Part shown: piece by piece, positions 37,363-47,151 of the stretch
Layout: each line of letters starts with the position of its first letter
How positions within the stretch are numbered: the first letter of the stretch is position 1
From: Alphaproteobacteria bacterium
GTDB taxonomy: Bacteria; Pseudomonadota; Alphaproteobacteria; GCA-2746255
Assembly (NCBI GenBank): GCA_965249135.1
Contig: OZ252220.1
Coordinates: 672,001 to 736,000, forward strand
Length of the DNA stretch: 64,000 nucleotides
Direction: 5' to 3'
Notes under the pieces: model-generated
Seen by the model: the letters and a program-made list of their open reading frames with translations, nothing else
Databases searched by the model: none
Told to the model about the DNA's origin: nothing
Position numbers and translations under genes: made by a program

Positions 37363-37932
37363 TCAGCCGGCCCGCCTGGGCCGCTCATAGCCGTAATGGA
37401 CGGCCAGCATGCCGAGCGCCGTCACCAGCACACCGGTCGCCTGGCTTGCGAGCATCAACTTTCCGTTCCAACCCTGCTGCATCGCCCATTCGCGCAAAGA
37501 CATCTGCAGCCCGACTACGTGCCAGACGCAGCTGCCGCCGGGGCTTGCCATGCCGCCGAGCGCGTCGAGCGCGTCATGCACGCGGTCGCGCGCCGCGATC
37601 TGGCGGACCGTGAGATCGTCGTTCCAGGTCATCTTCTCGCCGCGCAGCCGCCTCACGCGAACGATCGAGGCGGTGGCCGTGGTGTCGTAGGCGGCGATGG
37701 TGAAGTGGGCCTGGAAGTCACGCGCGGCCTGATGCATGGCACGCGTGATGGTGCCCGCCTTGCGCATGCGCGCCAGCGTGTCGACGGTGCGGACAAGGGT
37801 GACCGGCCGGCCCTCGGGGTCCGCCGCGCGCACCGTCTCGAGCGTGCGGCCGCCGGGCAGGCGCATGGCCTCCGGCTTCGCGCGTTGGACCCGGGCCTTG
37901 CCCTTGGGGGCGCGCTTCCTGCGTTTAGCCAC
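37363..37932 (-). CDS. DUF6456-like phage protein (putative late regulator)
   Basis: RTVDTLARM...GTIT...ALDALGG..SPGGSCVWHVVG...ALGMLAVHYG; last gene of the early operon. Confidence 0.65.
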   Translation of the reverse strand: MAKRRKRAPKGKARVQRAKPEAMRLPGGRTLETVRAADPEGRPVTLVRTVDTLARMRKAGTITRAMHQAARDFQAHFTIAAYDTTATASIVRVRRLRGEKMTWNDDLTVRQIAARDRVHDALDALGGMASPGGSCVWHVVGLQMSLREWAMQQGWNGKLMLASQATGVLVTALGMLAVHYGYERPRRAG

Positions 37933-38167
37933 GCGCCGCTGTCCGATGGTCTCGCATGGACACGGTGCGCCCGCATGCGTCTCTGCCCGGCTCCGATTGT
38001 CTGCCGTAGAGTTTCTCGCCGAGCCTCTTGACCAGCTCGCGCTCGGGCCAGGTGAGGCGGCCGTCCTCGGCGGCGATCACCAGAATGCCCTGCTCGCGCC
38101 AGCCCTCGCGTTTGATCTCGCCGGCCGGCCGGCGCCCGCCGCCATAGCCCTTGGGCAACCACCTCAC
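37925..38167 (-). CDS. Conserved phage hypothetical protein
   Basis: GTGA overlap start; RWLPKGYGG.RR...KREGWREQGIL...LTWPERELV..LGEKLYG. Confidence 0.6.
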   Translation of the reverse strand: MRWLPKGYGGGRRPAGEIKREGWREQGILVIAAEDGRLTWPERELVKRLGEKLYGRQSEPGRDACGRTVSMRDHRTAARG

Positions 38168-38421
38168 CGGTTGATCTCCCGCAAGCAGGCGCCGTAGCCG
38201 AGGACGTCGACGAGGCTGTCGAGATGCCTGGGGTCGTGGGCGAGCCGCGCCATCTTGAGGTCCATCAGGCAGACCGCCACCTGGGCCGCCGTGACCCGGA
38301 TCCCGAGCACCTGCGACCAGCGGGCGGCGACATGCTCGAACAGATCCTCGGGCGCGCCGTAATCGGCCCGGCGCTTGTCGACGGCGCCGGCGGCGTGCTG
38401 GAGCAGCATGGCGCCGTTCAT
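38164..38421 (-). CDS. DUF6378-like phage protein
   Basis: RRADYG.P...VAARWS...MDLKMAR...DSLVDVLGY. Confidence 0.75.
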   Translation of the reverse strand: MNGAMLLQHAAGAVDKRRADYGAPEDLFEHVAARWSQVLGIRVTAAQVAVCLMDLKMARLAHDPRHLDSLVDVLGYGACLREINR

Positions 38422-39029
38422 CGCGCACCCGCCCGGCTCTCGATCGCCCACAGCAGCAGCGCGATGGCGTCGGCCTCGTTGTCGTCGGCAGGGTCAAACC
38501 CGCGCTCGCGGACGGCGGCGATTACCGCCTGCTTGGACGCGTTGCCCTTGCCGGTGACGTGACACTTGATGGTGCCGACCGGCACGCCCTGATAGGGAAT
38601 GGAATGGTGCTCGCACCAGGCGGTCGCATGCGCCAGGAAGCCGCCGTAGATCTGAGAAGCGCTGGTGCCGGCGTGGCGGCGGACCTCCTCGAGGCAGACC
38701 GCATCGATGCCGCCGGCCGTATTCTTGATCTCGGTCAGCCAGCCCTTGAAGCGCAGGAATCGCATCCCGCCGCCGGAGAACCGGTCCGGGCGGAACGACA
38801 TGGTGCCACTGGTGATGGCGCCGTCTCCGTCGCGGAGCGCCCAGCCGGTCGCGGTGCCGAGATCGAGGGCGAGCACGGCGCCGGGACCGGACACGCCGGA
38901 GTCGGTGGCGGCCGGCACCGGGGGTTCGGCCACCGGGCGGGCAATACCGGCATTGCCGCCGTGCCGGGCAGCCGGCAGCCGGGCGCGGTGTTCAAGCGGC
39001 GGTTTCTTGGGCAGAGTTACATGAGCCAT
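38418..39029 (-). CDS. Phage RuvC-like Holliday junction resolvase
   Basis: VLALDLGTATGWA, EEVRRH, GKGNASK, DDNEADA. Confidence 0.85.
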   Translation of the reverse strand: MAHVTLPKKPPLEHRARLPAARHGGNAGIARPVAEPPVPAATDSGVSGPGAVLALDLGTATGWALRDGDGAITSGTMSFRPDRFSGGGMRFLRFKGWLTEIKNTAGGIDAVCLEEVRRHAGTSASQIYGGFLAHATAWCEHHSIPYQGVPVGTIKCHVTGKGNASKQAVIAAVRERGFDPADDNEADAIALLLWAIESRAGAR

Positions 39030-39059
39030 GGTGATCTCCTTTGATCGGGGTTGTCGTGG

Positions 39060-40163
39060 TCAGGGTGGCGGCGGGGAACTGCCAGGAACGCCGCCGCCAC
39101 CCGCTCTTGCGCGTTGGGTGGCGCAACACGCGGTGGACCGGTCGGGGCGGCGGCGCCGCGGACCGGCCAGAACGGGCGATTTGGGAGGGGGTGAACGTGT
39201 ATCCGGGGTTTGATTTTCACGATGCGAGCCCGGTGAACGTGGGGAACGTTGATCCGGCCCTTGATTTTCTATCGTGAGCCGCCAGCGCTGCGCCTGATGA
39301 CGCACGCCGGCCACCCTGACGCATATCTTGACCTCACCGATCGCGAAGACACGGTCGCGCAACCGGCCCAGCGCCCGGCCGAGACGGGTGCGCTGCGAGC
39401 GCTCTCCGCCGTCGCCGAGCGGCAGCGGCGGCTCGCAGGCGAGCGCGAGCTCGTGCAGCTCGGCCGTGCCGACCTCGGCGGTGCCGTGGCGTTCCCACCC
39501 CGCGGCCACGAAGGCGCGCCAGACCGCGCCCTCGGCGTCGGCCGCCTCGTACATCTCGTCGAGATTGGCGAGGAAGCCGGGATAGCCGGTGCGGGTCTCC
39601 CAATGGGTGAGATCGGGATGGAACCTGAGTTCGGCCGTGTCGGGCACGGCGAGGCCGCGGGCCTCGAGGTAGGTCTCAGCCGAGCTGTCGGCGAGCGCCC
39701 GGCATCCCTTGATGATGATCTCGATCTCGCGGCGGGCGTTCTCCTTGCTGCGCGTCTCCGGCGCGGTCCCGGATGCGGACCCGGCGCCGTCCTTCGGCGG
39801 GGCGGGCGCTGCGGTGCGTACCGGTGCGGTGCCGACGATCTCGGCGGCATAGTCGAACAGCGCCCGGCCCGTGAGACCGGTCGCGTGCTCGAGCGTGCTC
39901 AAGGGTCCGCCGCCCTCGCCGGTGTCGAAGTCGATCCAGTCGCCGGCGTGCGCGCCCTTGAGCGCGATGACGCAGGAGCCGTTCTTGCGCGGCGTATCAC
40001 CGCCGATGTTGGCGAGCCGCCACTCGTCGCCGTTGCGCCTGCCGTTCGGAAAATGTCGCGGCACCCAGAGCTCGGCGGAATCGCGGAGCCGGCTGACGAT
40101 CTCGTCGAGATCGTGGCGGGCGGGTTCGAGGCCGAACGGGCGGGTGTCGTTGAGGTCGATCAC
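39060..40163 (-). pseudogene. Phage primase-like replication protein with probable internal deletion
   Basis: N-terminal GDWIDFDTGEGG and YLEARGL...LRFHP, then GYP-GFLANLDEMYE with no Toprim EG/DxD motifs. Confidence 0.6.
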
Positions 40164-40453
40164 TGGAACGCCTTCTCCGGGACTACGCCGGTGAAGAAGC
40201 TCCTGTCCTCGCGGATCGCCATGAAGCCGAAGCCGGGCCCGCGATGATGGGGGTCTGCTCCGATCCACAGGTTGGCCTCGGGGTCATGGACCCAGCGCCC
40301 GGGCCCGAAGAGGCGGTCGAGAAAGCGCTCCATGGGCATGGCGCAAAGACGCTCTTCAATTGCGCGCACCTCCTCGACGGAGATGCCCGCTTCGCGGGCC
40401 CATAGAGGATGTTCTTCCTCGCGGTCCGGCGGACCGTGCCGATCGTTACTCAT
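40160..40453 (-). CDS. Hypothetical protein
   Basis: RBS GGAGGAG before ATG 40453; stop overlaps the next start. Confidence 0.5.
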   Translation of the reverse strand: MSNDRHGPPDREEEHPLWAREAGISVEEVRAIEERLCAMPMERFLDRLFGPGRWVHDPEANLWIGADPHHRGPGFGFMAIREDRSFFTGVVPEKAFQ

Positions 40454-40470
40454 GTTCTCCTCCAGCCCTT

Positions 40471-41772
40471 TCAATCGAGAATGACCAGGCCGCGCTCGGC
40501 GCGCGTGATCGCGGTGTAGAGCTAGCGGGCGCGGTCCTCGGCGGTGCGCCCGAGACCGTCGTCGAACACGATGACGTTGGGCCAAGCGGAGCCCTGCGAT
40601 TTGTGACAGGTGACGGCCCAGCCCCAGACCGCCTCGATCAGGCCGCGCCGGGTCCAGTGGTCGCGGCGGCCGCGGTCGGGAGCGGCCTTGATGTGGTCGT
40701 CGAAATGCCCCTTGTAGATAAAGTGCCGTTGGGGCTTGTCGGCGCCGCCGCCGACGATGTCCCCGTCCTCGGTGCGGATGGTGGCGGAGAAGGAGGTCTC
40801 GTTCTCGTCGCGCACCTCGCCGAGGGTGAGGAACATGCCGTTGACGACGCCGAGGTCGTTGCGGTTCCTGAGACAGATGATCTTCTCGGACGTCCCGCTG
40901 CGGACCTCGCCCGTGGGATAGATGCTCTCGTAGCCGGCGGCGCGCTTCATGGCGTTGTTGAGCTGCAGGCGGGTAGCGTTCCTGCCGCAGATCACCTGGC
41001 CGCCGCGCAGCATCTGCTCGGGGCCGACATCGCTCCGCCGCATCTTCCAGACGAAGGCGTCGTGCCGGCCGTAGGGGATGGGCCGGCCCTCACGGGCCAT
41101 GGTGGCCAAGCGAATGACGGCGCTGTCGCCGGCCTGGCGGTGGATCTCGGTCAGCATCACGTCGGGCTCGGCCTCGGTGAAGGCGCCCTGGCCCTTGATC
41201 GGCGGCAGTTGGCCGGGATCGCCCAGCACCAGGATCGGCTTGCCGAAGGCCAGCAGATCGCGTGCCATCTCGTCGCCGACCATGGAGACTTCGTCGAGGA
41301 CAATGAGCTTGGCGTCGCGGACGGCGGACTGGTCGTTGAGGACGAAGCGGGGCTTGTGGGCGTCGTCGAGCCGGAGTTCCAGGCTGCGCAACCGGGATTC
41401 CTCCAGCAGCCGCTCGCCGGAGCGGAGGCTCGGCAGCCTCGCCTTGATCCCGGCGATGTCCTTTTTGACCTTCTCGATCTCGGCCTCGGTCGCCTCCGAG
41501 ACGCGGTAAATCAGGCTGTGGATGGTGGAAGCGGGGGTTCCCTTGCGGGTCATCACCAGCGCCGCCTTGCCGGTGTAGGCCACATAGAGCACGCCGTTCG
41601 AGCATTCCTCGAGGCCGAGTTCCTCGATGATGTAGCGGGTAATCGTGCTTTTCCCGCAGCCGGCGTAGCCCCAGATTCGCGCGACTTGCTGCTCCGCGGT
41701 ACGGTGCTGGAACCAGTCCACAACCGTCTTCAGCGCCTGCGTCTGCTGGTCGGAAAGCGTTATCCGGTCCAA
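40471..41772 (-). pseudogene. RecD/Dda-like SF1 helicase with a nonsense mutation
   Basis: GYAGCGKS, LDEVSMV, LGDPGQLPP, TCHKSQGS. TAG at 40522-40524 sits where W is expected before LYTAITRA; TTG start with RBS GAGGAGG. Confidence 0.88.
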
Positions 41773-41904
41773 GGTGTTTCCTCCTCTGTCACGTGCTTCC
41801 AAATCCGACCCTTGGCGATGGCGTAAATCGTCTCCTTCCTGACGCCGTGCAGACGGGCAATGCAGGCGCCACAAAGCCCGACGCCGAGCAGACCCTTGAC
41901 GCGC

Positions 41905-42678
41905 TCATCGATCGACGTCCCAGCAGCGTTTGGCGTATTCGCAGAAACGGCAGAGATAGAAGTCCGCGTTGGCGGCGATGCGCGGCGGCAGCTCGCCGGC
42001 CTCGGCGGCCTGGATCACCTGGACCGCCTTGTCGGAGAGGCCTTGCGCCGCGGCCGCATCGAAGGGCACGGCCTCGTGATAGAGCGCCTGGGTGTCCTTG
42101 TTCATGGCCGTGAACAGCGCGAGGCCGGGCGTCATGTAGGCCATGTAGAACTGCGTCTGCCCGTAATAGACCGGCTTGGACGCACGCAGGCCGCGCTTGA
42201 CGGTGTCGGTCCAGGGCCGGGCATTGAGCGCCTTGTGCTCCCAGAGCGCGGGCCACGCGATCCCGACCTCGGGCCCTGAGACGATGACGCCGTCGATATG
42301 GCCGCGGATGCGCCCGCCGGCGGCCGAGAAGCCGAACTGGCCGCCGTCGCGGCGTTGGGTGCGCAGATCGAAGCCGGCGGCCCGTAGCCACTCGACGGAA
42401 AGCGCCTCGAACTGATGGCCGGCGGCGAACACGCGCAGCAGCGAGCCGTCGAAATCCTGGCCCGGGTCCTTCGGCGTGTGGGTGTACTCGTAGACCAGCT
42501 TGCGCGCGCAGGGCTCGCCGATCCGGCTCGCGCCGAGATAGTCGCGCGGACGCGCCGCGCGCTCCGCCGCCTCGAGCGCGGCATCGATCGCGGCGTTGAT
42601 CTGCCGCCCCGCATCGGTAACGGCGGAGGGGCGCAGATAGACGAAGCCCGAGCCGTGGTTGAGATCGACGATCGTCAT
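41905..42678 (-). CDS. Phage PD-(D/E)XK (Cas4/RecB-like) exonuclease
   Basis: YLGASRIGEPC, GHIDG, WEHK, Q..FYM, CRFCEYAKRC. Confidence 0.85.
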   Translation of the reverse strand: MTIVDLNHGSGFVYLRPSAVTDAGRQINAAIDAALEAAERAARPRDYLGASRIGEPCARKLVYEYTHTPKDPGQDFDGSLLRVFAAGHQFEALSVEWLRAAGFDLRTQRRDGGQFGFSAAGGRIRGHIDGVIVSGPEVGIAWPALWEHKALNARPWTDTVKRGLRASKPVYYGQTQFYMAYMTPGLALFTAMNKDTQALYHEAVPFDAAAAQGLSDKAVQVIQAAEAGELPPRIAANADFYLCRFCEYAKRCWDVDR

Positions 42679-42687
42679 CGTGGCCCC

Positions 42688-42903
42688 TCAAAACGGCAAA
42701 TCGTCGTCGAACGGCTGGTTCTCGGCGGCCTGGCGCTGCATGGAGTCCTGGAAGCCGTCGACACAGGCCTCGATGATTTGATCGATCTCTTCGCCCGTCC
42801 GGTCGTGGAACGGCGCCATGAGGCCGAGTTCGCCCAGCGCCTCGGCGAAGAACCGCCTGGTGTCCTTGATCGCCCGCTTCTCCATCCCGGTCTTATCAAT
42901 CAC
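42688..42903 (-). CDS. DUF6511-like phage protein
   Basis: IDKTGME..AI...EIDQIIEACVDGFQ...DDLPF; an in-frame Cys-rich region (CALC...FCSMRC) lies upstream, so the start is uncertain. Confidence 0.6.
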   Translation of the reverse strand: MIDKTGMEKRAIKDTRRFFAEALGELGLMAPFHDRTGEEIDQIIEACVDGFQDSMQRQAAENQPFDDDLPF

Positions 42904-43276
42904 GCCGTGAGCCCTCCCGGCGAGGGACGCGCCGGCGTCGAGGCAGCGCATCGAGCAGAAGCCGTAATGGGGGTAGCGGTCCCATTGCAGGCGGAGGCAG
43001 AACCCGAAGCCTCTGGCTTCGCGTCCGCAAAGGGCACAGGGCCGGCAGTCATCAAGAGGCGGGCGAGATCGCCGTCCCGCTTCGGGCGCATCCCGGTCCG
43101 CTCCGAGGCCAGCACGATGAACCGCGCAATGGCGTTCGACGCCATCGCTTCGAGCTCGGGCATGGTCAAAGAGCGGATGGGCCGGTGGAGCCTTCCCCGC
43201 GCTTCGAGCCACGCGCCGACGGCTCTTGCGGCTTCGCCGGTGACGTGGGCCTGCCATTCGTCGTCGCGGTCATCAT
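42900..43276 (-). pseudogene. Conserved phage hypothetical protein with a disrupted start
   Basis: DDEWQAHVT.EAARAVGAWLEARG...ELEAMASNAIARFIV is out of frame with the ATGs at ~43273. Confidence 0.45.
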
Positions 43277-43997
43277 CCGTTCAGCCAGTCGGGCCCGGCG
43301 GCGCCGGAGCGGGCGCGGGAGCGGCCTGTGCGGCCGTCTGGGCGGGTGGTGCCGCGGGTGCGGAGGCTGGCGCGGGCTGGGCTTGCGGCTGTTGCCACGC
43401 GGCCTGGGTCTGGGCCGGCGCGGGCGAAGCGGCGCCGGTGCCGCGGGACCGTGACGGCGCCGGCGGCACCGCCTCGCCGTTCATCACCGCCCGCCATTCC
43501 TTCTCGTTCGGCAGCACCGGACGGTCGAGCCGATTGCGGTCCGGGTAGCGTGGATCGTTGTTGGGCTCGACCATGATCCTGGCGACGAACGTGATGCCGT
43601 TCAGATCGGCGAGACCGCGCAGCTGACGCTTCTGCCGGGCCGCCTCGCTCATGTCCTCCGGGTCGAGCGCCAGCGCGCTGTCGATCATGGCGCGGACCAT
43701 GCGCTTGGAGATGTTCCAGCCGATCGAGGCGCCGTTCTCGTCGACCTTGCCGCCGGCGACGGTGAACAGCTGCCAGAATTTTCGGCGCGCATGCGGGCCC
43801 TCGGCCACGGTGAACTCGCAATCGAGCGAGAGCACGTCGCTCCCGGGCGTGTTCGAGGCCTTCAAGAGGCCCTTGTCGTGCTCGCCCTGGCCGTCCACGC
43901 CGCCGGGGCGGACGGTCATGACGACCTTGGCGAAGCTGCCGTCGGGGATGAGATCGGTGCCCTGGTGGGGCTTGACGTCGTTGAAGTTGTAGGTCAT
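43273..43997 (-). CDS. Phage SSB-like (DUF669-like) protein, frameshift in the last codons
   Basis: LDCEFTV.EGPHARRKFW, Pro/Ala-rich tail; the terminal PDWLNG is shifted to another frame. Confidence 0.7.
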
Positions 43998-44012
43998 CGC
44001 GATTCTCCTTTC

Positions 44013-44867
44013 TCAGCTGGGTTGCGCCGGCGTCGTGGACGCGGACGCCCGGTTGATCTTGTCGAGCAGTGCGGCGAGGTCGGGCGGCTCGGTGATGTCG
44101 AGGCGGCCCGAGCGGTCCTTGGCCGGCAGGCGATAAGGATTGCCGGAGCGGCAGACCAGGCGGCGGGTCTCGCCGCTCTCCGGCGCATATCGCCAGCCTT
44201 CACCTTCGGCCTCGAACAGGCCCATGGAGATCACCTGATCGACGATGCCGGGGAGCTCGCGGGCGGCCTTGCCGCCCTCCATCTGCGGCTGCCAGTGCTC
44301 GCGGTTGAACTCGTCGGTGACGCACTCGAGGATGCCGACGAAGACCGCGGTCCGGCCCGGCGCGTGCTGGGGGTGCTTGAGGAGCCCGATGACCTCGCGG
44401 GCGAGCACTCCATAGGCGCCGCGGAGATCGGGCTTGCCGGTCTTGTCGGAGACCGATTCGGGCCGGGTCCTGGCCCATGCCATGGCCTGGCGGGTGAGAT
44501 CGGTGATCGAATCGACGAAGACGATGCGTTTGCCGGCAACCACCGGCACGAGCTCGGCGTAGACCTGGGCGACATGGCGGTAATGGCCCTCGGAGAAGAA
44601 GCTGTTGGGATCGGCCGCCGGATCGACGCCGCCGACGAGGCAGGCGATATCGAGCGCGTCGGCAAAGGTGCGCACCGGGATGCTCATGCCCGGCCAGTCC
44701 TGGACCGACTTCATGCCGGCCTCGAGATCGATGCACAGCGTCTCGTCCGGCGGCAGGGTGCGGAGCAGCGAGGTCTTGCCGACGCCGGAGGGGCCGAACA
44801 GCGCGACGGTGGTCTTGCCCCGGGCCTCGGCGAGGCGCTCGTCGGCGGTGATGATGCGCAGGCTCAT
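44013..44867 (-). CDS. Phage AAA ATPase (AAA_24/Sak4-like)
   Basis: GPSGVGKTS, IDLEAG, FVDSIT, AKDRSGRL. Confidence 0.85.
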   Translation of the reverse strand: MSLRIITADERLAEARGKTTVALFGPSGVGKTSLLRTLPPDETLCIDLEAGMKSVQDWPGMSIPVRTFADALDIACLVGGVDPAADPNSFFSEGHYRHVAQVYAELVPVVAGKRIVFVDSITDLTRQAMAWARTRPESVSDKTGKPDLRGAYGVLAREVIGLLKHPQHAPGRTAVFVGILECVTDEFNREHWQPQMEGGKAARELPGIVDQVISMGLFEAEGEGWRYAPESGETRRLVCRSGNPYRLPAKDRSGRLDITEPPDLAALLDKINRASASTTPAQPS

Positions 44868-45184
44868 GATCTGCCTCCCCGGTTACGCGGCGGCGCCCGC
44901 CGGGCGCAGATCGCGATGTAGCTGTAGTCGGCGTCGCCGTGGCGGCGCTGAACCAGATGAACGAGGCCCTGCCCGGAGGCCCGCATCGCGGCCGTGGCGA
45001 GGCGGTCGAGCGCGGCCCGCGTCTCCGCATCCGCCGCGTCCGGCCGCTTCTCGCGGTCAGCGATGAGATGGCCCCGGTGATGGGCGATGCGGCTTCCCGC
45101 ATGGGCCGCCCCGAGCCAGGCGGCGAAGTCGGCTGCGTCGAGGACGGGCTGCGGTGCGGCCGGGCGCGGCAGGACGGCGTTCAT
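44864..45184 (-). CDS. Conserved phage hypothetical protein
   Basis: FAAWLGAA..G..IAHHRGHL..DR...GLVHLVQRR...YSYIA; ATGA overlaps at both ends. Confidence 0.65.
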   Translation of the reverse strand: MNAVLPRPAAPQPVLDAADFAAWLGAAHAGSRIAHHRGHLIADREKRPDAADAETRAALDRLATAAMRASGQGLVHLVQRRHGDADYSYIAICARRAPPRNRGGRS

Positions 45185-45372
45185 GCCGCGGTCTCCTCGG
45201 CCGCCACCTCGCTCCTGTAGACGGCGATCAGCGGGATGCCGTCGCTGGTGGTGCCAGCATCCTCCAGGTGATAGTCGTTGCCGGGCTCCAGGACCTCGGC
45301 CAGCTCCCAGCGCCGGAACAGCCCCGGAATGCGGTAGAGTTCGCTTGGCAGCAGGGGGATCGGAAGGGTCAT
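45181..45372 (-). CDS. Hypothetical protein, first gene of the leftward operon
   Basis: 63 aa, coupled to the next gene, RBS GGAG. Confidence 0.55.
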   Translation of the reverse strand: MTLPIPLLPSELYRIPGLFRRWELAEVLEPGNDYHLEDAGTTSDGIPLIAVYRSEVAAEETAA

Positions 45373-45420
45373 GGATGGCTGTCTCCGCTCTCCCGGCGCC
45401 GGCTGGTCCGGCGCTTCTAT

Positions 45421-45455
45421 TGGTTAAAAGCGACTTTCGGCGGCGGATTGGGACA
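45421..45455 (-). promoter_or_regulatory. Element-specific promoter-like motif, copy A (faces the replication operon)
   Basis: Minus strand TGTCCCAATCCGCCGCCGAAAGTCGCTTTTAACCA; near-identical to 47877-47911. Confidence 0.7.
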
Positions 45456-45585
45456 TCGCGGGACGAAAAACATTTCGGGCCCGTGCCCGAACCGGACCGG
45501 GAGGCCGCGGCATGTGCCGGTTTCCGACGTCTTGGAGTGCTACTGGGACGCGCGATTGGGACTCGACTAGGCCTCCCCCGTATGA

Positions 45586-45600
45586 GAACATTATGAGAAC
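45586..45600. promoter_or_regulatory. Alphaproteobacterial LexA (SOS) box
   Basis: GAAC-ATTATGA-GAAC, immediately upstream of TTGACG(45608)-N18-TATGAT(45632). Confidence 0.7.
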
Positions 45601-45693
45601 ATAACCGTTGACGGGGATGCTGGAAGGCGACTATGATAATTCTCATATTCAGGCAAACGCGCAAATGCGTTAACACGAGACGGGACAGAATCG

Positions 45694-45978
45694 ATGGGGT
45701 TCGGCGGCTATCTCAGGAAGAAGCGCGAGGAACGCGAGCTCACCCTCGTCGAGGTCGCCGAGCGGGTCGGCATCTCGGTCGCCTATCTCTCGCGCATCGA
45801 GCGCGAGCGCGAGAACACGCCCAAGGACGAGCTCATTCAGAAGGTCTGCAAGGCGTTGGACCTCGATGCGGACGAGGCCTTCGCGGCGGCGCGGCGCCTG
45901 CCGCCGGACCTGCGCCCACATGCGCACAGCGTCGTGCGGCTCTATCGCCGGCTCGGCAAGGGGGAGTTGAGCCTATGA
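45694..45978 (+). CDS. XRE family HTH regulator (ImmR-like)
   Basis: FGGYLRKKREERELTLVEVAERVGISVAYLSRIER. Confidence 0.92.
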   Translation: MGFGGYLRKKREERELTLVEVAERVGISVAYLSRIERERENTPKDELIQKVCKALDLDADEAFAAARRLPPDLRPHAHSVVRLYRRLGKGELSL

Positions 45979-46768
45979 CCACACCCCGGATTTTCTACCG
46001 CCATGCGCGGGCGACGGCGAAGCCGCACTATGTGAGCCGGTCCGACGTCGCTCGGGTGGCGTCGGCTGTGCGCAGCCAGCTCGGCTACCGGGACCATCAC
46101 GCCAGGATCGACTACCGCGAGATCGCCGAGCGCATCTCGCGTCTCGGGGTGAACGGCATCGATGTCGCCGTCGATTGGGATCTGGAGGGGACGGTCGAGG
46201 ACGAGACCGGAGCGCCGGCGCTCGGCTCCTGCGAGTACGACCTGGCGGTGCCGGGCCATGCGCTGATCTACGTCAACCGCCAGGAGATCGGCGAGCGCAG
46301 CTATCTCGGGCGCAGCACGGTGCTGCACGAGCTCGGCCACGCGGTCTTCGATGCCCCGGCCCGGGTCCTCGCCAACCGACAGGGGCGGCTCGATCTCGGC
46401 GACGACAGCCGCGGCAGCCGGGCCTTCCGTCTGGTGACGCCCGGCCCCGAGCATCTCGGCAACAGCCGTACGGCGGACGGATCGATGGACTGGGCGGAGT
46501 TCCGGGCCAACGAGTTCATGGGTCGTTCCTGGCGCCGCTGACGGCAATTCGCCGGACGCTGCGCCGATTGTGTCAGCGCTTCGAGGTGCCGCTGGTCGAG
46601 GAGAGATCCCGGACCGGCCGGGCGCGGATCAAGGCCGACTTCACCGGCCGGCACGCCTGCAAGCTCGAGACGGCGGTCTTCGAGCTTGCCGAGGACTTCG
46701 GGCTGTCGCCCGCCTTCATCGCGGTGCGGCTCCGAAAATACGGCCTGGTCCGGGGGCAGGGCTTGTAG
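45975..46768 (+). pseudogene. ImmA/IrrE family metallopeptidase, frameshift at ~46522
   Basis: RSTVLHELGH (HEXXH) and EFRANEFMG, then SFLAP...FGLSPAFIAVRLRKYGL in another frame. Confidence 0.85.
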
Positions 46769-46838
46769 CGGCGCGAGGAATAGGGGGGAGAACGGGGAGC
46801 CTCGCTCCCCTCTCTTTGGCCCGGGAGTTCAACAGTTT

Positions 46839-47045
46839 ATGCAAACTAATGAACAATGGCGGTGCAACAGATGCCGCAAGCTCCTGGGGATCATCCGCGG
46901 CGGACGGCTGCATCTGCGGTTCGGACGCGGGAATGAGTATGTCATCGCCTTCCCGGCCCTCGGGCTGTGCCGGCGCTGCCTGACCCTGAACACCGCCACA
47001 GGGCCGCCGGACCCGCCGTCCGAGGAGCCGATACGATACCGCTGA
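46839..47045 (+). CDS. Small zinc-ribbon protein, Mu Com-like
   Basis: WRCNRCRKLLG...CRRCLTLN, matching the Com pattern RC..C.KLL...C.RC...N. Confidence 0.7.
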   Translation: MQTNEQWRCNRCRKLLGIIRGGRLHLRFGRGNEYVIAFPALGLCRRCLTLNTATGPPDPPSEEPIRYR

Positions 47046-47151
47046 GCGGTTTAGGTCCTTCCTGATCATTCGTTCATTCACCGAGAGGCGCGCGACGCCC
47101 TGACCCCGGCCTTCATGAGGCGCCAGACGCCCGGCCGAGAGGCCGGCGTCC

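Noticed and set aside
40522-40524. In-frame TAG codons (also 58065) as pyrrolysine or recoding
   Set aside because: Each is one base from the expected TGG or CAG, other genes use TAG as a normal stop, and no pyl genes are visible.
41905-42678. Cas4-like nuclease as a CRISPR component
   Set aside because: Sits in a phage recombination/replication operon; no array, cas1 or cas2.
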